Of a stretch of 26,040 nt of DNA, positions 8,617 to 18,336 are shown piece by piece. Within the stretch, counting starts at the first letter, position 1. Each line of letters opens with the position of its first letter. The notes under the pieces are model-generated. The model did not search any database. It was given only the letters and a program-made list of their open reading frames with translations, and was not told where the DNA came from. The DNA lies in assembly GCA_030054235.1 (NCBI GenBank), contig JASGCG010000001.1:1-26040 (forward strand). Reading direction: 5' to 3'. Source of the stretch: Bacteroidia bacterium (GTDB taxonomy: Bacteria; Planctomycetota; Phycisphaerae; Phycisphaerales; SM1A02). The position numbers and the translations under genes are program-made.

Positions 8617-9767
8617 GCGCACTCCTGAGCAGGATCCGCTACGCGCTTCGCAGCGCGCGCCGCCAGCGATTTCGCACCGTGGCCTTGGTCGCCGGTGTCG
8701 CCCTGACCACGTCGCTCGCCGCGGCGATCGCGTGCATCGATCTTGGCGTGCGCGACGCCACGACCACTCGCGCGGGCGAGACACGGCTGATCGTGTACCG
8801 CGAGAACCGGTTCTGTCCCTTCGCGAGCGCGCTGCCGCAGCGGTACGACCGCCAGATCGCCGAGCTGCCCGGCGTGGCGGCCGTCATGCCCGTGAAGATC
8901 GTCGTCTCCAATTGCCGCGCCTCGCTTGATGTGGTGACCTTCCGTGGTGTGCCGGTCGATGACCTGCGCGCGATGGCGCCCCGACTTGCAGCCGGCTCGA
9001 TCGACGCTTGGGCCGGCCACGGCAATGGCGCCTTGGTCGGGCGCGAACTCGCGGCTCGGCGCGGCCTGCGCGTGGGGTCATCCCTGACGGCCGCGGGCAT
9101 CGATGTCGTGGTCGATGGCATCCTCGAGAGCGATGATCCGCAGTGGCGCAACAGCGCGCTCACGCACCTGGCCTACCTGCAGGAGCGGGCCGCGCGCGGG
9201 GGAACTGGCGGCATCGTGACGCAGTTCGACGTGACCGTGAGCGACCCAGCGCGGCTCGAGGACGTGGCGCGGACCATCGACGAACGGTTCAAGGCGGACG
9301 AGGCCCCCACCGCGACTCGCCCGCAGACGGCGTTCGTGGCCCGCGCCGCGCGTGATGTGGTCGCGCTCGCAGGCTTCAGTTCGATCATCGGCATCGGTGC
9401 GGTGCTCGCTGCCTTCGGCCTCCTCGCCACGACGATGGTCAACGTCACGCGGCATCGCTCGCGCGAGTTCGCGGTCCTGCGCACGTTGGGCTTCACCGAC
9501 GGCGGCATCAGCGCCATCGTGCTTGCCGAGGGCGCACTCGTCGGCGGGCTCGGGGGCCTTCTGGGCGCGGGCCTGGCCTGGTTCGGGCTCGCGCGTGCCG
9601 GACTGGCGTTCACCATGGAAGGCGTCTCGATCACGCCGCGGCTGGATCCTGCGATCTTCATCGTTGCCGCTGCGGTGGCGCTTGCGGCAGGACTGCTGGC
9701 CACGGCGATTCCAGCATGGTCGGCGTCGCGCGCGCGGCTGGTCGATCTCCTGCGGGGTGCATCATGA
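8613..9767 (+). CDS. ABC transporter permease 1, FtsX/MacB-like
   Basis: One N-terminal TM, periplasmic domain with 'GALVGRELAARRGLRVG', C-terminal three-TM FtsX domain with 'RSREFAVLRTLGFT'; ATGA overlaps. Confidence 0.93.
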   Translation: MSALLSRIRYALRSARRQRFRTVALVAGVALTTSLAAAIACIDLGVRDATTTRAGETRLIVYRENRFCPFASALPQRYDRQIAELPGVAAVMPVKIVVSNCRASLDVVTFRGVPVDDLRAMAPRLAAGSIDAWAGHGNGALVGRELAARRGLRVGSSLTAAGIDVVVDGILESDDPQWRNSALTHLAYLQERAARGGTGGIVTQFDVTVSDPARLEDVARTIDERFKADEAPTATRPQTAFVARAARDVVALAGFSSIIGIGAVLAAFGLLATTMVNVTRHRSREFAVLRTLGFTDGGISAIVLAEGALVGGLGGLLGAGLAWFGLARAGLAFTMEGVSITPRLDPAIFIVAAAVALAAGLLATAIPAWSASRARLVDLLRGAS

Positions 9768-10927
9768 CGATGCTCCCGATGGAGTACTCGCTGCGCGGGC
9801 TCACGCGTGGGCGCGGGCGGACCGTGCTCGCACTCATGGGATCGTTGGTGGCGGGCGCGCTCATCGCGACGGCATCGGCGTTCCTGGGCGGCATGGAGTC
9901 AGCGCTTGGATCGACGGCCTCGCCTTCGCGCGTGATCGTCATGGGTGCAGGCAGCGAGGAATCGCTCGAGCGCAGCGAGATCGGCGCGCGTGTGCCGGGC
10001 GTGCTGTCGGCGAGCGTGCAGGGCATACGACGGACGGCAGGCATGGAGCACGTGAGCGCCGAGACGCACGTGGCGCTGCCGATCGCCGTGGATGGCGCCG
10101 AGGCCGCGAGCGACAACGGTCTGGTGCGCGGCGTCGGTCCGGCAGCGCTCCTGGTCCACCCCAACGTGCAGCTCACCGGCGGGCGCTGGCCCGAACGCGG
10201 CGCCGGCGAAGTGCTGGTCGGTTCGAGCGCCATGCGCAGGCTCGGCGTGGATCCAGCGGCTGCCATCGGCAGTCGTGTCGTGCTGGCCGGCGCACCGCTC
10301 ACGATCGTGGGCACCATGCAGGCGCCGGGATCGACGATCGACGGCGAGTGGTGGATGCCGCTGGAAGACCTCACCACGCTGATGCGGCGCGAGACGATCT
10401 CGTGCGTGATCGTCGACCTCGACCGCGCGACGATCGGCGACGTGCAAGCCTTCACGCTCTCGCGGCTCGATCTTGAGCTCGCCGTCCTGGCCGAACGCGA
10501 CTACTACGCGTCGCTGCTTGCGTTCTTCGCACCGGTGCGTGTGCTCGTGGCGGTCGTGGCCACGCTCATGGCGCTCGCCGCCGCGCTCGGCGGCGCGAGC
10601 GCACTGGCCGCTGCCTTCAGTGAGCGCGTGCGCGAGAACGCGGTGCTGGAAACGCTCGGGTACCCGCGCCATGCGGTCATCCTCGATGTCCTCCTGCAGT
10701 GCACGATCGTGGCGGTCAGCGGTGCCGCTGTCGGCGGCCTGCTGGCGCAGTGGCTCTTCGGCGGCATGCTTGTCGAGTTCAGCATGGGCACGTTCGCCTT
10801 GCAGTTCGATGCACGTGCCACGCTCCTGGCCGCCGTGACGGGTTTCGTCGTCGCGATCGTCGCGGCCTTCCTCAGCACCTGGCGCTGGATCGGGCTGCCG
10901 ACGCCCGAGGCGCTGCGGACGACATGA
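9764..10927 (+). CDS. ABC transporter permease 2, FtsX/MacB-like
   Basis: Start at ATG 9764 (ATGA overlap with permease 1 stop): MTMLPMEYSLRGLTRGRGRT; 'GRWPERGAGEVLVG'; FtsX motif 'ERVRENAVLETLGY'. Confidence 0.92.
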   Translation: MTMLPMEYSLRGLTRGRGRTVLALMGSLVAGALIATASAFLGGMESALGSTASPSRVIVMGAGSEESLERSEIGARVPGVLSASVQGIRRTAGMEHVSAETHVALPIAVDGAEAASDNGLVRGVGPAALLVHPNVQLTGGRWPERGAGEVLVGSSAMRRLGVDPAAAIGSRVVLAGAPLTIVGTMQAPGSTIDGEWWMPLEDLTTLMRRETISCVIVDLDRATIGDVQAFTLSRLDLELAVLAERDYYASLLAFFAPVRVLVAVVATLMALAAALGGASALAAAFSERVRENAVLETLGYPRHAVILDVLLQCTIVAVSGAAVGGLLAQWLFGGMLVEFSMGTFALQFDARATLLAAVTGFVVAIVAAFLSTWRWIGLPTPEALRTT

Positions 10928-10963
10928 CTCGCCACTCTTGAATCACCACAGAAGGATCCAACC

Positions 10964-11539
10964 ATGCATCGACTCAACGCACTCATGCTCGCCTCCTCCG
11001 TCCTCTTCCTTGCAGCCTGCGGTGGCCAGAGTGGCGACCATGACCACAGCCACACGCGGCACGGACATGACCACGCCGCACCCACCGCGCCTGCAGCTCC
11101 CGAGGGCACATTCCCTGCAGCGCTCTTCTCCGGCGACCCAGCGGCGGAGCCAGTCGGCGTGGGGGCCATGAAGGCATCGGCCAAGCAAGGCGACCGCGTG
11201 ATCGTGGTTGGTCGCATCGGTGGCAGCAAGGATCCCTTCCTCGCTGACCGGGCCATGGTCACGATCGTCGATCCGAGCGTGAAACTCTGCGGCGAGGACG
11301 AGCCCGGCGATGACCACTGCGCGACCCCGTGGGACTTCTGTTGCGAGCCGCGCGAGAACCTGCGCAGGATGTCGATCGCGGTCGTGGCGAACGGAGCCGA
11401 CGGTGCACCCATTCCCCACACGCTGCTCGGCCAAGGAGGGCTCAAGCCCGGCGCGCGCGTGGTCGTCGAGGGCACCGTCGCGACGGTCGGCCCGGACGGC
11501 GCCGCGATGCTCGTGGCCGAGCGCATCGTGGCCCGGTGA
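10964..11539 (+). CDS. His/Cys-rich lipoprotein of unknown function, probable OB-fold metal-binding protein
   Basis: Lipobox LAAC; DHDHSHTRHGHDH; C-x9-C-x-TPWDFCC; beta-rich 'GDRVIVVGRIGG' and 'GARVVVEGTV' segments; AAGGA SD. Confidence 0.8.
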   Translation: MHRLNALMLASSVLFLAACGGQSGDHDHSHTRHGHDHAAPTAPAAPEGTFPAALFSGDPAAEPVGVGAMKASAKQGDRVIVVGRIGGSKDPFLADRAMVTIVDPSVKLCGEDEPGDDHCATPWDFCCEPRENLRRMSIAVVANGADGAPIPHTLLGQGGLKPGARVVVEGTVATVGPDGAAMLVAERIVAR

Positions 11540-11545
11540 GGGATC

Positions 11546-11596
11546 TTGAACACCATGAATTTTGAATACCGTACAATCCGAATTTCATGGTAGTTT
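11546..11596 (+). promoter_or_regulatory. AT-rich promoter/operator with 8-bp inverted repeat
   Basis: ACCATGAA (11552-11559) / TTCATGGT (11584-11591) with a 24-nt spacer; TACAAT at 11572-11577; TAGTTT at 11591-11596 exactly 6 nt before ATG 11603. Confidence 0.6.
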
Positions 11597-11602
11597 CTGG
11601 GC

Positions 11603-12757
11603 ATGCTCCGCCGCGACGAAGCCCGTGCCGCCATCACCCGCGCCATGCGGCGATCGCCAGTCGCCCTGCTGCTGGGTCCCCGCCAGTGCGGCAAGACCAC
11701 GCTTGCCCGCTCCTTCGTCGACGTCGGCAGCGAGGCCTACTTCGATCTTGAGTCGCCCGCCGACCTTGCACGCCTTGCCGAGCCGATGACCGCGCTCGGC
11801 AACCTGCGAGGCACCGTCGTCATCGACGAGGTGCAGCGCCGGCCGGACCTCTTTCCCGTGCTCCGCGTCCTGGCCGACAGGCGACCGCTCAGGACGCGAT
11901 TCCTCGTCCTGGGCAGCGCCTCGCCCCACATGCTCCGGCAGTCGTCGGAGTCCCTCGCCGGACGAGTCGAACTCATCGAGCTCGGTCCCCTCACGCTCGA
12001 AGAGTGCGGGCAGGCCAAGCTCGGGCGACGCTGGCTCCGGGGCGGCTTCCCCCGCTCGTTCCTGGCGCGCTCGCAAGGCGACAGCGCGGCATGGCGCCGT
12101 GACTTCATCGCCACCATCATCGAACGCGATCTGCGCTCCTACGACAGCAGGCTGCCGTCGCCGCTGGCTCACCGGCTCTGGACCATGCTGGCTCATCACC
12201 ACGGCCAAGTCATCAACCTCAGCTCGGTGGCTGGGTCGCTCGGCATCACCGTCCCCACCTTGCGTCACCACATCAACCTGCTCGCGGGCCTCATGGTGAT
12301 CCGGCTGCTTCAACCGTGGCACGAGAATCTCGCCAAGCGGCAGGTCAAGAGCCCAAGGATCTACCTCCGCGACACCGGGCTGCTACACAGCTTGCTTGGG
12401 ATCGAGACCACCAAGCAGATGCTGGGTTCACCGGTCTGCGGTCCGAGCTGGGAATCGCTGGCCATCGAGGAGATCCTCGGCCGCGTGCCGCATGCAGGAG
12501 CCGCATGGTGGTCGACGCATCAGGGTGCCGAGGTCGACCTCGTGCTGCTGGCCAAGGGCAAGCGCTGGGGCGTCGAAGTCAAGCGGACCGATGCACCGCG
12601 CATCACCCCATCCATGCGCAGTGCCATCGAAGCACTTGGACTCGATGGCATCACGGTGGTGTCGCCGGTCGACCGCGGCTTCAGGCTCTCCCCGGCGATC
12701 AAGGTCGTGGCGATGCATGACCTGATCGCCGATCCCGCAAGCGTCATCCGGCGTTGA
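11603..12757 (+). CDS. AAA+ ATPase, AAA_14 + DUF4143 (COG1373-type)
   Basis: Walker A GPRQCGKTT, Walker B VVIDEVQR, 'LGSAS', 'ESLAGR', 'RGGFP', HTH-like INLSSVAGSLGITVPTLRHHI, 'KSPRIYLRDTG', C-terminal EVDLV..GVEVK. Confidence 0.92.
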   Translation: MLRRDEARAAITRAMRRSPVALLLGPRQCGKTTLARSFVDVGSEAYFDLESPADLARLAEPMTALGNLRGTVVIDEVQRRPDLFPVLRVLADRRPLRTRFLVLGSASPHMLRQSSESLAGRVELIELGPLTLEECGQAKLGRRWLRGGFPRSFLARSQGDSAAWRRDFIATIIERDLRSYDSRLPSPLAHRLWTMLAHHHGQVINLSSVAGSLGITVPTLRHHINLLAGLMVIRLLQPWHENLAKRQVKSPRIYLRDTGLLHSLLGIETTKQMLGSPVCGPSWESLAIEEILGRVPHAGAAWWSTHQGAEVDLVLLAKGKRWGVEVKRTDAPRITPSMRSAIEALGLDGITVVSPVDRGFRLSPAIKVVAMHDLIADPASVIRR

Positions 12758-12778
12758 GCGCCGCTAGAGTGCGGTGGC

Positions 12779-14272
12779 ATGCTGATCGGACTCGATGTCG
12801 GCACCAGCTCGATGAAGGCGCTGCTCGTGGCGCCCAATGGTGCCGTCGTCGCCTCGGCCACGCGCGAGTACACCTTCGAGACGCCGCGCGCCGGCTGGGC
12901 GCAGACCGATCCACGGATCTGGCGCCGCGCGGCGATCGAGGTCCTGCGCGAGCTCGCCGCCCATCCACGCGCGACGGGCGTGCAGGCGATCGGCCTCACC
13001 GGGCAGATGCACGGCCTGTGCCTGGCCGGTGACGATGGCGAGCCCCTTGCGCCCGCGATCATGTGGAACGACCAGCGCAGCGCGCCGCAGTGCGAGCGGC
13101 TCGAGCGCTCGATCGGCACGGCTGAACTCATCGCGCGCACCGGCAACCGCCTGCTGCCGGGCTTCACGGCGCCCAAGTGGGCGTGGGTCGTGGAGCACGA
13201 GCCATCGATCGCGCGTGCGGCGCGCCATGTCCTGCTGCCCAAGGATGATGTTCGCCTCGCGCTCACGGGCACCGCTGCCACCGACGTGAGCGATGCCAGC
13301 GGCATGCTCCTCCTCGACTGCGCGAACCGCCGTTGGAGCGAGCCGATGTGCCGCGACTTGGGGCTCTCGATGGATCGACTCGGCACGCTGCACGAATCGC
13401 ACGAACCCTGCGCGCAGTTGAGCGCGGCGGCGGCGGCGGCCACCGGGCTCCCCGCCGGGCTGCCGGTCGTGGCCGGTGCCGGCGACCAGGCTGCGCAGGC
13501 CCTGGGCACAGGCATCATCGATGATGGCCAGGTGAGCTGCACGATCGGCACCAGCGGCGTGGTCTTCGCCGCAGGCGATCGTTGGCGCGCAAGCCCCGAT
13601 GGCAACCTTCACGCGTTCTGCCACGCGATCCCAGGTCGCTGGCACCTGATGGGCGTCATGCTGAGTGCGGGCGGCAGCCTGCAGTGGGCACGCAGTGCAC
13701 TCACGCCCGACCTTGCGAGCGCAGCGGCGCAGGATGGGGTCGATGCGTACCCACGCATGCTGGAGCTTGCGGCCTCGGTCGCACCCGGCGCGGATGGGCT
13801 GGTCTTCCTGCCGTACCTGAGCGGCGAGCGCTCGCCGCATGCCGATCCGCACGCGCGCGGGGCGCTCCTCGGACTCACGCCGGCACACACCCGCGCGCAC
13901 CTCGTCCGCGCGGTCGTCGAGGGCATCACCATGGGTCTCGTCGATGGATTGGATGCCATGCGCGCGATCGGGCTCACGCCACGCTCGATCCGGCTCTCGG
14001 GCGGCGGCGCTCGCAGCGCGTGGTGGCGACAGCTCTTGACCGATGCCTTTGCCGTGCGCACAAGCACCGTGCAGGTCACTGACGGTGGCGCCTACGGTGC
14101 CGCGCTGCTTGCTGGCATCGGCACCGGGTGCTGGCAGGACGCCGCGCACGCCACGCGGCACCTTCGCGAGCAGGACGAATGCACGCCCGCGGGCAGCAAC
14201 CCGATTCCGCTGGAACGCTTCCGTACGGCCTATCGTGCCCTACGTCCCTGGTTCCACGAGGTCAACCGATGA
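12779..14272 (+). CDS. xylB: Xylulokinase (FGGY carbohydrate kinase)
   Basis: GLDVGTSS, GLTGQMHG, WNDQRS, AGAGDQAA, TIGTSGV, LPYLSGERSPH, GGGARSAWWRQ. Exact pentulose substrate is not certain. Confidence 0.88.
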   Translation: MLIGLDVGTSSMKALLVAPNGAVVASATREYTFETPRAGWAQTDPRIWRRAAIEVLRELAAHPRATGVQAIGLTGQMHGLCLAGDDGEPLAPAIMWNDQRSAPQCERLERSIGTAELIARTGNRLLPGFTAPKWAWVVEHEPSIARAARHVLLPKDDVRLALTGTAATDVSDASGMLLLDCANRRWSEPMCRDLGLSMDRLGTLHESHEPCAQLSAAAAAATGLPAGLPVVAGAGDQAAQALGTGIIDDGQVSCTIGTSGVVFAAGDRWRASPDGNLHAFCHAIPGRWHLMGVMLSAGGSLQWARSALTPDLASAAAQDGVDAYPRMLELAASVAPGADGLVFLPYLSGERSPHADPHARGALLGLTPAHTRAHLVRAVVEGITMGLVDGLDAMRAIGLTPRSIRLSGGGARSAWWRQLLTDAFAVRTSTVQVTDGGAYGAALLAGIGTGCWQDAAHATRHLREQDECTPAGSNPIPLERFRTAYRALRPWFHEVNR

Positions 14273-14478
14273 TCTGGTCGCTGCTCCTGATGTCGCTCAG
14301 CATGCTTGCCGTTGCATGGCTCGCATGGAAGATCGTGCAACGGCAAGAGCGCGGCGACGACCAGCTTGAATCGCTGCTCAAGCGGGATGACGATCGTGCC
14401 GAGCGTGGCCTGCGCCGCGCCGCCGGCCTGCCGGACGAGCCCGCCTCGGATCCAGGCCGCGACCAGCCGAACGACTGA
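14269..14478 (+). CDS. Small single-pass membrane protein (69 aa)
   Basis: ATGA overlap with the xylB stop; MIWSLLLMSLSMLAVAWLAWKIV hydrophobic helix followed by an acidic/charged tail. Confidence 0.6.
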   Translation: MIWSLLLMSLSMLAVAWLAWKIVQRQERGDDQLESLLKRDDDRAERGLRRAAGLPDEPASDPGRDQPND

Positions 14479-14479
14479 A

Positions 14480-15340
14480 TCAGCCCCACCAGGTGTTCTT
14501 GCGGCGCGCCTCGTCGACGGCGGCCTGCAGGTGCTTGCCCGGGCACGCGGTCTTGGCGCCCGCCCACTCGCGATGCGTGAGCACGCGGCCGCGGCTCAGC
14601 TTGTACTGGGCGAGCAGCTTGCGCACGTGCAGGCGCGTGCCATCGAGCTGTTGCTGCGATGGCTTCTGGATGTCGAAGTTCCCCATCACGAGGATGCCGA
14701 TGTTCTGCTCGTTGTGCTTGGACACGTGCGCCCCCTGCCAGCGCATGTTGCGGCCTTCCCAGACGCGACCGGAGCGGTCGATGATGTAGTGGTAGCCGAT
14801 GTCGCTGAAGCCGCGGCCGCGGTGGCCGCAACGGATCCACTCGATGCGCGCGGCCGAGGCATCCATCCCCGTCTCGGTCATCGGCGCATCAAGGCCATCA
14901 TGGTGGATCGTGATCCACTTGATCGGCACGATCATCTTGTTCAGGTCCTTGGCGTCAGGCGTGCCGCGGGCCCAGCGGGTGCGCGGGATCACACCATCGA
15001 CGGCCTTGGCGTTGGGGTCGGGCGCGACGTTGGTCGAGGTCGATCCTGCCGCGGCGGACTCCGTCGCCACGCGCGGCTCCGGCCCCTTCGGCCGAACCGG
15101 ATCAGGCCAGATGGGATCGGGCACGAGGAAGGTGCTCGTGGTCGTGGGCGCGGTGGTGCAGGCAGCCAAGAGGCCCATTCCCATCAAGAGGATCGATCGG
15201 CGCGCCACGCTTGACGCGGCGCCATCGGCCACCAAGTCGTAGCGAGGCAGCGATGCATCGAGCGCGAGCGGTTCGCCCGCGCCACGGGCATCGCCTGCAT
15301 GGTTGCGTCCTTCGATCCCCGAGTGCTGCGTTCGATCCAT
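14480..15340 (-). CDS. N-acetylmuramoyl-L-alanine amidase (Amidase_2/PGRP/T7-lysozyme-like), putative Tat lipoprotein
   Basis: ITIHH, SDIGYHYIID..GRVWEGR, GAHV, NIGILVMGNF, HRE, TACPG. GGAGG SD supports ATG 15340. ARRSILL...LLAAC leader. Confidence 0.9.
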   Translation of the reverse strand: MDRTQHSGIEGRNHAGDARGAGEPLALDASLPRYDLVADGAASSVARRSILLMGMGLLAACTTAPTTTSTFLVPDPIWPDPVRPKGPEPRVATESAAAGSTSTNVAPDPNAKAVDGVIPRTRWARGTPDAKDLNKMIVPIKWITIHHDGLDAPMTETGMDASAARIEWIRCGHRGRGFSDIGYHYIIDRSGRVWEGRNMRWQGAHVSKHNEQNIGILVMGNFDIQKPSQQQLDGTRLHVRKLLAQYKLSRGRVLTHREWAGAKTACPGKHLQAAVDEARRKNTWWG

Positions 15341-15475
15341 GGCCAGACCTCCGTGTCCAAGCCCAGACTCATCGTCCATGACGAGCGAAGGCCTGCAGAG
15401 AATAGCCCATGGAATCATGCGGCCGGGCACCGACGTTGCGCCGGATTTCCCGGGCTCGGAGCCACCTCGGCGATG

Positions 15476-15528
15476 ATGCCCTGCACCCCCCTTCCCGGTA
15501 CACTTTCCTGGCTCCCCGGCGGGGTGCA
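15476..15528 (+). promoter_or_regulatory. Candidate gyrB promoter enclosed by an 8-bp inverted repeat
   Basis: ATGCCC (15476-15481), 17 nt, TACACT (15499-15504); TGCACCCC (15482-15489) / GGGGTGCA (15521-15528). Confidence 0.35.
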
Positions 15529-15565
15529 TTCCACCCCCCATTCAGCCCCCCAAGGCGCAGGGTCC

Positions 15566-18166
<2,601 letters not shown>

Positions 18167-18246
18167 ATCGGCCCGCGCGACGATTGCGGCGACTGTGGTG
18201 CGTGCGGCGATCGGCGGCGTGGAGCATGCGGTCCAGCGCCCGCGCG

Positions 18247-18268
18247 ATCCGGTTCTGTCCCGGATTTT
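18247..18268 (+). terminator. Weak intrinsic terminator candidate downstream of gyrB
   Basis: ATCCGG, 7-nt loop, CCGGAT, followed by TTT. Confidence 0.3.
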
Positions 18269-18302
18269 GGCCCACACATCACGCTTCTTGGCACCTCGGA
18301 CG

Positions 18303-18330
18303 TTGCTCAGCCCCGCATCCGGCGTAGCGT
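18303..18330 (+). promoter_or_regulatory. Sigma70-type promoter, predicted leaderless start of the metalloprotease gene
   Basis: TTGCTC (18303-18308), 16 nt, TAGCGT (18325-18330), 6 nt, ATG 18337; same geometry as the 4853 promoter. Confidence 0.6.
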
Positions 18331-18336
18331 TCGGCC

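Noticed and set aside
11540-12778. IS/transposon boundaries around the DUF4143 ATPase
   Set aside because: No terminal inverted repeats at both ends, no target-site duplication and no transposase motif.
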